DNA of 54,500 nucleotides from an uncultured Chloroflexota bacterium (GTDB lineage Bacteria > Chloroflexota > Dehalococcoidia > UBA2979): NCBI GenBank assembly GCA_903917615.1, contig CAIXBH010000093.1, positions 1 to 54,500 of the forward strand, read 5' to 3'. Position 1 is the first letter of the stretch. Every line of letters begins with the position of its first letter. The translations under genes and the position numbers were made by a program. The notes beneath the pieces are model-generated. The model was not told the DNA's origin and did not search any database. It saw only the letters and a list, made by a program, of their open reading frames with translations. Shown here piece by piece: positions 27,461-37,113 of this stretch.

Positions 27461-28417
27461 CTACCTGAGTCGCAGCCGCGGATCCAGCACGGCGTAGAGC
27501 AGGTCCACGGACAGGTTCGCGAGCGCAAAGACGAGCGCGAAGATGAACGTCGCCGTCTGCACCACCGGATAGTCGCGCTTGTTGATCGAGTCGACCATCA
27601 GCCGGCCGACGCCGGGCAGCGAGAACACGGTCTCGACGATCACAGTGCCGCCGACGATGTTCGCGAGTCCGAGGCCGATCACCGTGATCACCGGGAGCAT
27701 CGAATTCCGCAGCGCGTGCCGGACGATCACGTCGCTCTCCTTGAGCCCCTTGGAGCGAGCCGTGCGCACGTAGTCTTCGCGCAGCACCTCGAGCAGGCTC
27801 GAGCGCACGAGGCGGCTCACCAGTCCGGCCTGCGCGTAACCGAGGGCCATGATCGGCCAGATCAACTGCTGCATGTTCTTCACCGGGTCATCGAGGAGTT
27901 CGGCGTATCCGAGCGGCGCGGTCCAGTGGAAGAACTGGACCAGCACCAGGATCATCAGCATGCCCACCCAGAAGGTCGGCACCGAGAGCCCGGCCAGCGA
28001 GAAGATGCGCGCGGCGTAGTCCATCCACGTGCCGCGCTTCACCGCCGCGACCACGCCGAGTGGGATCGAGATCACCAGCGACGTCAGGGTGGCCATGAGC
28101 CCGAGTTCGAGCGTGACCGGCAGCGCGCGGAACAGCTCCGTGAACACCGGCTGACGGGTCACGAGCGAGTTCCCAACGTCGAGCCGGACGATGCCGAGCA
28201 GCCAGTCGAGGTACTGGATGGCGAGCGGGCGGTCGAGGCCGAGTTGCGCGCGCAGCGCCGCGATGTCCTCCGGACGCGGGGTGCCGGTCCCCTCCGGTCC
28301 GATCAGCATCATCTTCGCGACATCGCCCGGCAGCACGCGCATCAGCAGGAAGATCCCCGCGGAGGCAAGCAGCACCGTGGGGACGAGCGACGCGACACGG
28401 CTGGCGAAGTACTTCAC
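27461..28417 (-). CDS. ABC transporter permease (DppB-type), operon 3
   Basis: VKYFASRVASLVPTVLLASAGIFLLMRVLPGD N-terminus and EDYVRTARSKGL motif. GTG 28417 is preceded by GAAGGAG. The listed 618-aa ORF is a read-through extension. Confidence 0.85.
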   Translation of the reverse strand: MKYFASRVASLVPTVLLASAGIFLLMRVLPGDVAKMMLIGPEGTGTPRPEDIAALRAQLGLDRPLAIQYLDWLLGIVRLDVGNSLVTRQPVFTELFRALPVTLELGLMATLTSLVISIPLGVVAAVKRGTWMDYAARIFSLAGLSVPTFWVGMLMILVLVQFFHWTAPLGYAELLDDPVKNMQQLIWPIMALGYAQAGLVSRLVRSSLLEVLREDYVRTARSKGLKESDVIVRHALRNSMLPVITVIGLGLANIVGGTVIVETVFSLPGVGRLMVDSINKRDYPVVQTATFIFALVFALANLSVDLLYAVLDPRLRLR

Positions 28418-28449
28418 GGTCGGCTCCTTCGTGCGTGCGGGATGTCGAC

Positions 28450-29346
28450 CTACGAGCCGCGAAGGCGCGGGTCGAAGATGTCGCGCAGGGCATCGCCGAG
28501 CAGGTTGAACCCGAACACGCCGAGACTGATCGCAATGCCCGGGAAGATCGCGAGGTACGGCGCCGAACGGGCGTACAGCTGCGCGTTGCCGCTGAGCATC
28601 GTGCCCCACGATGGCTGGGGCGGCGGCGTGCCCAGTCCGAGGAAGCTCAGCGACGCCTCCGCGAGGATCGCCCCGCCGAACCCCGCCGTCCCGATGACCA
28701 GCAACGGCGCCATGATGTTCGGCAGGATATGCCGCAGGATCACGCGTACCGAGGTCGCTCCCATGCAGGTGGTCGCCTCGAGATAGGGCTGCGCGATGAC
28801 GCTCATCGTCGCGGCCCGGGCGATCCGCGCGACCCGCGGGGTGCTCACGATCCCGACGGCGACGGTCACCGGGATCAGGCCTCGACCGATCACGGCGACG
28901 ATCGCGAGCGCGAGGATGATCGTCGGGAACGCGAAGAGCGCATCCACGACGCGCTGAATCGCGAAGTCCGCCCACCCTCCCTTGTACGCACCGACGATGC
29001 CGAGCGTCGCGCCGATTCCCTGGCTGATACCGACGGAGATGAAGCCGACCCAGAGCGAGATGCGCCCGCCGTAGACGATCCGCGTGAACACATCGCGCCC
29101 CAGGTCGTCCGTGCCGAGGATGTGCCCCGGCCCGGGCGGCTGCAGCCGACCGCTCGTGCTGATCGCATACGGGTCGACGCCACCGGTCACGATCGGCGCG
29201 AAGACGGACATCAGTGTCATGAGCAGCAGAATGACGAACGCCGCCGCGCCCAGCGGATTGCGCCGTGCCACACGCACAATGCGTTGCAGCCGACCCGGCT
29301 GAGGCGGCGCGAACCACACCTGCGCGCTCGCAGCTCCTACGGCCAT
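28450..29346 (-). CDS. ABC transporter permease (DppC-type), operon 3
   Basis: ILGTDDLGRDVFTRI motif. GAGGAA upstream of ATG 29346 (ORF opens at 29391). Confidence 0.8.
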   Translation of the reverse strand: MAVGAASAQVWFAPPQPGRLQRIVRVARRNPLGAAAFVILLLMTLMSVFAPIVTGGVDPYAISTSGRLQPPGPGHILGTDDLGRDVFTRIVYGGRISLWVGFISVGISQGIGATLGIVGAYKGGWADFAIQRVVDALFAFPTIILALAIVAVIGRGLIPVTVAVGIVSTPRVARIARAATMSVIAQPYLEATTCMGATSVRVILRHILPNIMAPLLVIGTAGFGGAILAEASLSFLGLGTPPPQPSWGTMLSGNAQLYARSAPYLAIFPGIAISLGVFGFNLLGDALRDIFDPRLRGS

Positions 29347-29427
29347 CGTTCGAAGTTCCTCACTCTGCGCGACGAACCGCGCGGCCTCCACCTACTGGCG
29401 CACCCGGCCCGCGAACATCTGCGCACC

Positions 29428-29464
29428 CTGGGTTGCCGGCGTCCTCGCAGTGCAGGCAACCCGG
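29428..29464 (-). promoter_or_regulatory. Intercistronic stem-loop between the SBP and first permease gene (operon 3)
   Basis: gggttgcc/ggcaaccc stem, extendable by 2 bp, with a 17-nt loop. Confidence 0.4.
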
Positions 29465-29504
29465 ACGTCGCGTCGGCACCCGCTCCACGGCTGAGAACCG
29501 GGGA

Positions 29505-31214
29505 TCAGGCCTCGAGCCACACGTTCTGCATCTGGTGGTTGGAACTCTGGTGGTTCGGCCAGATGAAGTCCTTCACCTTCTGGGTCACGATGCGGTTGCG
29601 GTAGTAGCGGAACACGAACTTGCTCAGCTGCGGCACCGCCTGGCGCTCCATGTCCCGCACCAGCTCGACGCGCTTCTTCGTGTCGAGCTCCACCGACTGC
29701 TTCAGGAAGAGATCGTCGACGGCCTTGCTGCCGAGCTTGTTGTAGTTCAGTGGCGAATTGGTCAGGAAGTGATCCGGGTAGACGGAGTCAGGGTCATCGA
29801 CAAAGAACGCCAGCGCGATGATGTAGGTGTCGAAGTTGCCCGCGTTGGCTGCGTCGTACTCCTTGGCGGTGGTCTGGATGTCGAGCTTCCCGACGAGGTC
29901 GATCTTCTTCATCTGGTCCGCGAGGAACAGCGAGTGCGACTCGCCCGAGCCGCCGCCGGCACCGGAGCCCTGCCGCGTCAAAATGGAGACGTTCGTGCCC
30001 GCCTTCACACCCGCTGCCGCCATGAGCTTCTTGGCTTCCGCAAGGCTCGCCTCGCTGTAGGGCCCGTAGCCGGGGATCTTCTCCAGCTCTTCCTTCGGCA
30101 GCGCCCATCCGCCGTTGGGGAACATGTAGCCACCGGTCACGCCTTCGTTATCCGTGAGCAGCTTGTTCCCGTCCTCCTTGTTGTATGCCAGCGCCATCGC
30201 GCGCCGCACCCGGTCGTCGTTGAACGGCGCGCGGTTGGAGTTCATCACGAGGGCGCTCACGGTCTGGAGCAGCACGCTCTGGAACTGCGCCTTCGAGCCC
30301 AGCGCCTGCTTGAGCGTCTTGAACTCCTCGGTGCTCGCGGCCGAGATGTTGATCGCCCCGGCCTGGATCTGCGCGAGCTTCGTGGATGCGTCAGGGATGT
30401 TGTAGATGTCGATGCCGTCGAGGTAGGGCCGATCCTTGACGAAGTAGTCCTTGTTCTTGTCGTAGGAGATCTTCGTCGTCTGGTCGGCGGACTTCAGACG
30501 GAACGGGCCGGTCCCGTTCATCTTCGTCACGAAGTCGAACTTCCCCTCGATGTCCTTCCGCGAGTAGATCCCCATCCAGTGCTGCGCGAGCACCTGCAGG
30601 AACGAGGACGGCGAGGACGGGCGGGACAGCTTCATCACGATGGTGTAGTCGTCGGGCGTCTCGAACGACTTCACGGCCTGGATCTGCGAGCCGCGCGGCA
30701 TCACCACGCCCGCCGGCGGGTTCTGCTGCCGCAGGAACGAGGCCTTCACGTCGGCCGACGTGAACGGCGTGCCGTCGTGGAACTTCGCGTTCTTGACGAG
30801 CTTGAACGTGTAGCTCTGGCCATCGCCCGCGATCTCCCACTTCTCGGCGAGGTCGGGCTGGACCGTCTTGAACTCCTGGAGCTCGACCGTCGTGTCGAAC
30901 TTCAACAGCGAGTTGTAGACCGGCATGGTGATCGTCGGGACGCCAGCGGTGACTTCGCGCGTGAAGTCGAGGCTCGGCGGGTAGGCGCCGACCTCGGTGA
31001 GCCGACCGCCCGTGCGGACGTTCGCCGCGGGTGCGCCGGATGCGGCGCTCCCGGCGCTCGCCCCTGGCTGCGTGGTCGCTGGCTTGCTCGCGCTGCTGCA
31101 CCCTACGAGCGCCGCGGCGCCAAGACCGGCTCCGGCGAAGATCGAGCTCCGCAGTACCTCGCGCCGACTGACCGCGCGCATCCCCAGGCGATCCCAGTAG
31201 TTCGAGTCGGTCAC
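29505..31214 (-). CDS. ABC transporter substrate-binding protein, family 5, Tat-signal lipoprotein
   Basis: VSRREVLRSSIFAGAGLGAAALVGCSS signal. GTG 31214 is preceded by GGAGGG and restores the N-terminal D-x-x-YW motif shared with the other two SBPs. Confidence 0.8.
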   Translation of the reverse strand: MTDSNYWDRLGMRAVSRREVLRSSIFAGAGLGAAALVGCSSASKPATTQPGASAGSAASGAPAANVRTGGRLTEVGAYPPSLDFTREVTAGVPTITMPVYNSLLKFDTTVELQEFKTVQPDLAEKWEIAGDGQSYTFKLVKNAKFHDGTPFTSADVKASFLRQQNPPAGVVMPRGSQIQAVKSFETPDDYTIVMKLSRPSSPSSFLQVLAQHWMGIYSRKDIEGKFDFVTKMNGTGPFRLKSADQTTKISYDKNKDYFVKDRPYLDGIDIYNIPDASTKLAQIQAGAINISAASTEEFKTLKQALGSKAQFQSVLLQTVSALVMNSNRAPFNDDRVRRAMALAYNKEDGNKLLTDNEGVTGGYMFPNGGWALPKEELEKIPGYGPYSEASLAEAKKLMAAAGVKAGTNVSILTRQGSGAGGGSGESHSLFLADQMKKIDLVGKLDIQTTAKEYDAANAGNFDTYIIALAFFVDDPDSVYPDHFLTNSPLNYNKLGSKAVDDLFLKQSVELDTKKRVELVRDMERQAVPQLSKFVFRYYRNRIVTQKVKDFIWPNHQSSNHQMQNVWLEA

Positions 31215-31366
31215 GGTGCCCTCCGGTGGTGCAACTGCCCTCGGCATCGCGCCAGGGCTCGCGGGCGGAGCATATCCATCATGCATGTTGTTCACAAGCG
31301 TAATCAGATACAGTCCGAGGCGACGCGGCCGCATGCGACTGCGCCGCGGGACAAGGAGTGCCGGCG

Positions 31367-32527
31367 ATGGGTGGTCCACTCGAGGGAATTCGTGTCGTCG
31401 ACGTCACAGAGGGCGCCCAGGGCCCGTGGGCCGGGGCCTTGCTCGGCGACCTCGGCGCGGACGTCATCAAGATCGAACGTCCGCAGGGCGAGATGACCCG
31501 GCACTCGGGCGCGCCGAAGAAGAACGGCATCCCCCTCTATCACGCCGGGATGAACCACGGAAAGCGCAACATCGTCCTCGACGCGAAGACCGAGGAGGGG
31601 CGCGAGACGATGCTCGCGCTGGTCCGCCGTGCGGACGTCTTCCTCGAGAACTGGCGCCGCGGCGTCGCCTCTCGCATCGGCTTCGACTACGAGACGCTTT
31701 CGACGATCAACCCCCGGCTCATCTACGCCTCGGCCAGCGGATTCGGCGAGCACGGCCGGTACAGCCACAAGGCGGCCGTGGACAACGTGTCGCAGGCGAT
31801 GGGCGGCTACGTCTCGATCAACGGCGTGCGCGGCGGCACACCGGAGAAGCCGCGGTTCATCGTCATCGACTTCACGTCGCCGCTGACCATCGCCCAGGCG
31901 ATCTTGATGGCGCTGTACACGCGCGAGGACACCGGCCGCGGCTCGCACGTCGGCACGTCCCAGTTGTCGACGATGGTCTCCGTGGGCCAGGTGCGCGCCA
32001 CCGAGTACTTCATGCGCGACGAGGTGCCGGAGCCGTGGGGCAGCGCGACGCCGTTCATCGTCCCCTCGCAGGCGTTCCGGACGGCGGACAAGTACATCGC
32101 CGTGGAATGTCCGGACGAGGCGTCGTGGCGCGCGCTCTGCGGCGCCCTCGACCTCCCCGCGCTCGCCGATGACGAGCGCTTCCGCACGAACGCGCTGCGC
32201 GTCGAGCACCGCGACGCGCTCGAGCCCATCCTCGCGCGCGCCTTCGTGCGCTTCGAGGGCGACCGCTGGATCGCGCGACTCACGGACGCCGGCGTCCCCT
32301 GCAGCACCTTCACGTGGGACATCGAGGACCTCTACTCGGATCCGCAGGTCGTCGCGAACAACCTCCTCGAGATCCACACGCACCCGGACATCGGGTGGGT
32401 CCGCACGAACGCAGTGCCGTGGAAGCTGAGCGAGACGCCCGCGCACTACGGCACGCTCTCCGGCGCGATGGACGAGAGCCATGATTCCGTCATGGCGGAG
32501 TTGCGCGCCGAAGAGTTGACCCGGTAA
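31367..32527 (+). CDS. Family-III CoA-transferase (CaiB/BaiF-type)
   Basis: LEGIRVVDVTEGAQGPWAGALLGDLGADVIKIERPQGE signature. AAGGAG upstream of ATG 31367. Confidence 0.85.
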   Translation: MGGPLEGIRVVDVTEGAQGPWAGALLGDLGADVIKIERPQGEMTRHSGAPKKNGIPLYHAGMNHGKRNIVLDAKTEEGRETMLALVRRADVFLENWRRGVASRIGFDYETLSTINPRLIYASASGFGEHGRYSHKAAVDNVSQAMGGYVSINGVRGGTPEKPRFIVIDFTSPLTIAQAILMALYTREDTGRGSHVGTSQLSTMVSVGQVRATEYFMRDEVPEPWGSATPFIVPSQAFRTADKYIAVECPDEASWRALCGALDLPALADDERFRTNALRVEHRDALEPILARAFVRFEGDRWIARLTDAGVPCSTFTWDIEDLYSDPQVVANNLLEIHTHPDIGWVRTNAVPWKLSETPAHYGTLSGAMDESHDSVMAELRAEELTR

Positions 32528-32548
32528 CGCGGCGCGGAGGCGACGAAC

Positions 32549-33769
32549 ATGACAGGCGCATTGGCGGGGCTCCGCGTGATCGATCTCACCCAGGGCGACG
32601 GTGCCCCCTTCTGCACGATGCAGCTCGGCGATGCCGGCGCCGACGTGATCAAGATCGAACCGCCGGGCGGCGACTGGGCGCGCCACCTCGGTCCACCGTT
32701 CGACCACGAGGACGGGTCGATGTACATGGGCATGAACCGCAACAAGCGGAGCGTGGTTATCGACATCGAGCAGCCCGAAGGCGCTGCGCTCGTGCGCGAC
32801 CTCATCCGCGGGGCGGACATCCTCGTGCACTCGTTCCCGAAGGCCGCGGACGCGGCCCGTCTGGGCCTCGACTACGCGACCGTCTCGCGCGACAACCCGG
32901 GGCTGATCTACTGCGACATCTCCACGCTGGAACGGTCGGGACCAGAGGCCGATCGGCCCGCGACCGACTTCACGCTGCAGGCGCGCGCCGGCATCCAGCG
33001 GTTCGTGGGACGCCGCGGCGAGGAGCCCGTGCGCTTCGGGTCGAACTACGTGGGCGTCACCGCCTCGATGTACGCGATGCAGGCAATCCTCGCCGCGCTC
33101 TACTGGCGCAAGAAGAGCGGGCGCGGGCAGCAGGTGGAAACCTCGTATCTGCGCGCGATCCTGGCCACGCAACAGAACTACATCACCTCATGGAGCGACC
33201 CCGAGACGATCGACGGGGGCGGACACTACAACAACCACCTCGACGAGCCGGCGTACGGCATCGCGACCAAGGACCGGGCGATCGAGATGGGCTTCGCCTA
33301 CGCGACCGATCCCGACGCGCCGCAGCACCTGATGGAGTGGCTCGGCATCTTCGGCGAGGTCCTCGCGGACCACCCGCAACTCGCCGGCCGGCGGATCGGC
33401 GGGCGTGGCGACCAGACGCTGGTCTGGCCGTATCTGCAGCGCGCGTTCAAGGAGCGCACGTACGCGGAGCTCTCCGAGAAGCTCGAGGAGCTCGGCATGC
33501 TCTTTGCGCCGATGCACGACTACCAGAGCCTGTTCTCTGACCCGGGCATCCTCGAGACCGGCGCGCTCTCGACCGTCACGCACCCGGTGCGCGGCGTCGT
33601 GCGTGAGGTGAGCCCACCGTGGACCTCGAACGAGACCACGGCATCGGTGCGCCTTGCCCCGCCGCTGCTCGGCGAGCATACGACCGAGGTCCTGACCGAA
33701 CTCGGCCTCGACGCCGCGCGCATCGAGGCTCTGCAGACCTCGGGGATCGTGAACCGAGGCGCGCGCTAG
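32549..33769 (+). CDS. Family-III CoA-transferase (CaiB/BaiF-type)
   Basis: LAGLRVIDLTQGDGAPFCTMQLGDAGADVIKIEPPGGD signature. GGAGG RBS. Confidence 0.85.
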   Translation: MTGALAGLRVIDLTQGDGAPFCTMQLGDAGADVIKIEPPGGDWARHLGPPFDHEDGSMYMGMNRNKRSVVIDIEQPEGAALVRDLIRGADILVHSFPKAADAARLGLDYATVSRDNPGLIYCDISTLERSGPEADRPATDFTLQARAGIQRFVGRRGEEPVRFGSNYVGVTASMYAMQAILAALYWRKKSGRGQQVETSYLRAILATQQNYITSWSDPETIDGGGHYNNHLDEPAYGIATKDRAIEMGFAYATDPDAPQHLMEWLGIFGEVLADHPQLAGRRIGGRGDQTLVWPYLQRAFKERTYAELSEKLEELGMLFAPMHDYQSLFSDPGILETGALSTVTHPVRGVVREVSPPWTSNETTASVRLAPPLLGEHTTEVLTELGLDAARIEALQTSGIVNRGAR

Positions 33770-33811
33770 CCGCCGTATCGACAGGCACGCTGAGTAGAAA
33801 GGCCGACCGCC

Positions 33812-34762
33812 ATGCCCGACCGCACGCAGATCGTCAACATGCACGCCCACCTCTGCCGCGATCCGCAGCAGGAGAAGCAGGTCTTCCCGATTCGCGGCCT
33901 ACCCGATGACTGGTACCGCGCGAACCCGGAGCGTCAGATCGCGTGGATGGACCTCAACGGCATCACCCACACCGTGCTGATGAACGTGATGAACACGAAT
34001 TCCATGACGGAGTCTCGCCTGCGGCGCGCGCGCACCCAGGGCGCGACCGACGCCGAGATCGCGCGGGCGCGCGTCGACCTCGCCGAGGAGATGCGCCAGC
34101 GGATCCGCGAGATGAACGATTGGTCGCTGGAGGCGCAGGCGAAGGAGCCTCGCTACCGCACCTACGTCTCCATCGACCCCACGCTGTTCGGTGAGGAGAC
34201 GATCGAGGAACTCGAGCGCTGCATCAAACTCGGAGCAACGGGTCTCAAGCTTCACCCCAGCATCAACCGCCACTTCCCGGACCACCGGTCGATGATGCCG
34301 GTGTACGAGCGGTGCCAGGAACTTGGCCTCGGCATCCTGACGGACAGCAACGGGCACGCAAGCGAAGACGGTGTTGCGTACGGCGCACCTCTCGGGTGGC
34401 GGCCCGTCCTGCAGCAGTTCCCGCACCTGCGCTTCATCATGGCCCACCTCGGCGACGACATGTGGGACGACCGCGTCGACATGGCGCGGGAGTTCGGAGA
34501 CAACCTCAAGTTCGACTTCTCCCACGGGCTGGTCGACGACCACCACCCGGCCGGTGGACACCACTGCATGCCGACCACGCAGGCCGTCCGCGTCTTCCGC
34601 AAGGTCGGCGTGGAACGGATTATGTACGGTTCCGACGGTCGCCCCGGCAGCGACGGCGAAGACCTCTACGGCGCGCGTCAGATCCTCTCGCTCCCCTTCA
34701 CGGACGCCGAGAAAGACCAGATCCTGCGCACCAACGCAATGGAGTTCTTCAACTTGAAGTAG
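33812..34762 (+). CDS. Amidohydrolase_2-family metal-dependent hydrolase/decarboxylase
   Basis: N-terminal NMHAHL (HxH), LKLHPS and MAHLG motifs. Confidence 0.75.
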   Translation: MPDRTQIVNMHAHLCRDPQQEKQVFPIRGLPDDWYRANPERQIAWMDLNGITHTVLMNVMNTNSMTESRLRRARTQGATDAEIARARVDLAEEMRQRIREMNDWSLEAQAKEPRYRTYVSIDPTLFGEETIEELERCIKLGATGLKLHPSINRHFPDHRSMMPVYERCQELGLGILTDSNGHASEDGVAYGAPLGWRPVLQQFPHLRFIMAHLGDDMWDDRVDMAREFGDNLKFDFSHGLVDDHHPAGGHHCMPTTQAVRVFRKVGVERIMYGSDGRPGSDGEDLYGARQILSLPFTDAEKDQILRTNAMEFFNLK

Positions 34763-34886
34763 CAGTGGGCACCGGCGACGAGCCTGGGGACGCCCCGGGC
34801 TCACGCCTGGGGCGTGCGGTGCGCTAGTGTCTCCCACGGCAGGCGAGCGCGCAGGACGTGGGCGCACAGCACAGGCGGAGGTCGAG

Positions 34887-36089
34887 ATGGCAGCAGCATT
34901 CAACCTGAAGGACCAGGCCGTTGTGGTCGGCGTCGGCGTGAGCGAGTTCGGGCGCGTCGTCGACAAGAGTCCCGCGATGCTGCAGGTGACCGCGTTCCGC
35001 AACGCCCTCGCAGACGCCGGACTCCAGCGCGACGACATCGACGGGTTCGTCACGGCGCACGGCGCGCCGAACGGCATGGACTACGACGAGTTCGCCCACC
35101 ACACCGGCATGAATCTGCGCTGGGCGAACCAGAGCTGGAGCCACGGACGCTGGGGCTCCACGAGCCTCGCCCAGGCTGCGGCCGCGGTCAGCACCGGCAT
35201 GGCGAACTACGTCGCGATCTGCAACACCACGCTGAGCGGCCACGGATACGCGCGCCACTTCGAGTCGGGCCGCCAGGGACGCGGGCACGCCGAGGGCCTC
35301 CGCGACTTCACGGGCGGTCACGGCGAGAGCAACATCGTCGGCCTCGACACCCCGGGCGCCGCGACGTCGCTAGTCGCGCGCGAGTACATGAGCCGCTACG
35401 GCGCCACCAGCGAGGAGCTCGGCACCGTCGCCGTGACCTTCCGCAAGCACGCGAACCTCAACCCGCAGGCCATCATGCACAGCAGGCCGATGACGCTGGA
35501 CGACTACATGGAGTCGCGCTTCATCACCCCGCCCTTCCGCCTGTTCGACTACTGCCTGGTCAACGAGGGCTCCACGTGCCTCATCGTGACCACCCCGGAC
35601 CGCGCGCGCGATCTGAAGCAGACGCCGGTCAACATCAGCGGCCTGCAGGGCGTGCAGACCAGCCGCGACTCCTCGAATCCGTACGCCCGGCCCGGCCTGC
35701 CGCTGAAGTTCCAGAGCGAATTCGACTACGTCGCGCCGCCCCAGCCTGTCTACGACATGGCGGACGTGAAGCAGGGCGACATCGACGGCCTCTACGTGTA
35801 CGACTCGTTCAGCACGAACCTGTGGATGGTGCTCGAGCGCTACGGCTTCTGCAAAGCCGGCGAGGCGCACGCCTTCATTCAGGACGGCCGCATCGCGCTG
35901 GGCGGCGAGCTGCCCGTGAACACGAACGGCGGCCTCATGTCGGAGGGCCACTACTCCGGCTACAACCACATGATCGAGATGGTGCGCCAGCTCCGCGGCG
36001 AATGCGGGCCGCGCCAGATCGCGGGCGCCGAAGTGCTCCAATGGGCGACCGGCTTCGGCGACTCGGCGATCATGACGAAGGCTCGCTAG
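34887..36089 (+). CDS. Thiolase-like protein (SCP-x type) without adjacent DUF35 gene
   Basis: AVVVGVGVSEFGR N-terminus and NTNGGLMSEGH near the C-terminus. Paralogous to 10409..11626. GGAGGTCGAG ATG. Confidence 0.8.
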   Translation: MAAAFNLKDQAVVVGVGVSEFGRVVDKSPAMLQVTAFRNALADAGLQRDDIDGFVTAHGAPNGMDYDEFAHHTGMNLRWANQSWSHGRWGSTSLAQAAAAVSTGMANYVAICNTTLSGHGYARHFESGRQGRGHAEGLRDFTGGHGESNIVGLDTPGAATSLVAREYMSRYGATSEELGTVAVTFRKHANLNPQAIMHSRPMTLDDYMESRFITPPFRLFDYCLVNEGSTCLIVTTPDRARDLKQTPVNISGLQGVQTSRDSSNPYARPGLPLKFQSEFDYVAPPQPVYDMADVKQGDIDGLYVYDSFSTNLWMVLERYGFCKAGEAHAFIQDGRIALGGELPVNTNGGLMSEGHYSGYNHMIEMVRQLRGECGPRQIAGAEVLQWATGFGDSAIMTKAR

Positions 36090-36137
36090 CCGACGGTCCA
36101 CTGAATCGGCGTCGCACACACTCTGGTTAAGACCGAC

Positions 36138-37106
36138 TCACGCGGTGAGACCGCGGTTCCCGCCGGGGCGAGACCCGACTGACACCGGCCTCGTTCCAAC
36201 CCGGGCCGGCGCCACCTGCTCCATCAGCGCGAGCACATCAGGGGAACCCACAGCGATCCTCGAGGCGATGCGCCGATCGCCGTCCACCAGCACGGCAGCC
36301 GGCGTGCCGGTCACACCGAATGCGCGCGCCGTCCGGTTGGCCGCGTCGAGCAGGATCGGCGTGTCGAGGTCAATCTCCTCGTGGTCCTCGACACGACCAG
36401 AAGAGACGACGACCAGCGCGGGCCTCGCCGCGCGACCGGCGTGAGCACGCAGGGCCGGCAGCAACCCGCGCGAGAACGGACAGTCCGGGCTCCAGAACAC
36501 GAGCAGCGAGGCATCGCCGCGACGGATATCGACTCCGGTGCGCCCGACGTTGTGGCGAGGCAGCCTCGGCGCACGCCATCCGACCGGCGTTGCCGGAAGT
36601 TCTCGGGCCCGCGAGCGGCCACCGAGCCACGCCCCGCCCGCCCCGATCGCCAGCGCGAGGGCCGCTGCGGCGACGCTCCGGCCCGGGTCGGCCGGCCACG
36701 GGCCCACCGCGCCGAGCGAGAGCACGGCGAGCGCCATCATCACCACGTTGCGCGCGATTGACGCTCCGAGAGATTCCAACCCAGGCGGCACGAGCGTGCC
36801 GAAACAGGCACAGAGTGACCGCCGCCCGCGAACGCCGTTGGCAGCGACCACGACCGTGAACGCCTCGAGTAGAGCGAGCGCCGCCACTGCGGCCCGTGGG
36901 GCCGACGAGGGCAGCACGAGCGCGAGAGCAATCGCGCCCTCGACGATCGGGAGGACGCGAGCGACGGTCCGCACCGCCGTATGCGGCACACCGAGGTCGC
37001 GGGCGGCGCGCCGAGTGCCCTGCGGGTCCCGCACCTTCGCGACCGCCGCGAGCCCGAAGAGCACCGCGAGGATCAGACGCGCCACGGTCGAGATCGCGAC
37101 CGTCAC
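36138..37106 (-). CDS. MauE/DoxX-like membrane domain fused to a TlpA/thioredoxin-like domain with a CPFS (monothiol) motif
   Basis: N-terminal TM helices with a CACFG motif (MauE hallmark as I recall it). The C-terminal LLVFWSPDCPFSRGLLPAL...GTPAAVLVD is a thioredoxin fold with Ser in place of the second Cys. Confidence 0.7.
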   Translation of the reverse strand: MTVAISTVARLILAVLFGLAAVAKVRDPQGTRRAARDLGVPHTAVRTVARVLPIVEGAIALALVLPSSAPRAAVAALALLEAFTVVVAANGVRGRRSLCACFGTLVPPGLESLGASIARNVVMMALAVLSLGAVGPWPADPGRSVAAAALALAIGAGGAWLGGRSRARELPATPVGWRAPRLPRHNVGRTGVDIRRGDASLLVFWSPDCPFSRGLLPALRAHAGRAARPALVVVSSGRVEDHEEIDLDTPILLDAANRTARAFGVTGTPAAVLVDGDRRIASRIAVGSPDVLALMEQVAPARVGTRPVSVGSRPGGNRGLTA

Positions 37107-37113
37107 GGCAGGA

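Noticed and set aside
31215-31366. A/T-richer stretch (catatccatcatgcatgttgttcacaagcgtaatcagatacag) in the divergent SBP / CaiB intergenic region, as a specific promoter or operator call.
   Set aside because: This is probably where the divergent promoters lie. I cannot assign -35/-10 boxes or an operator with confidence for an unknown sigma-factor and lineage context.
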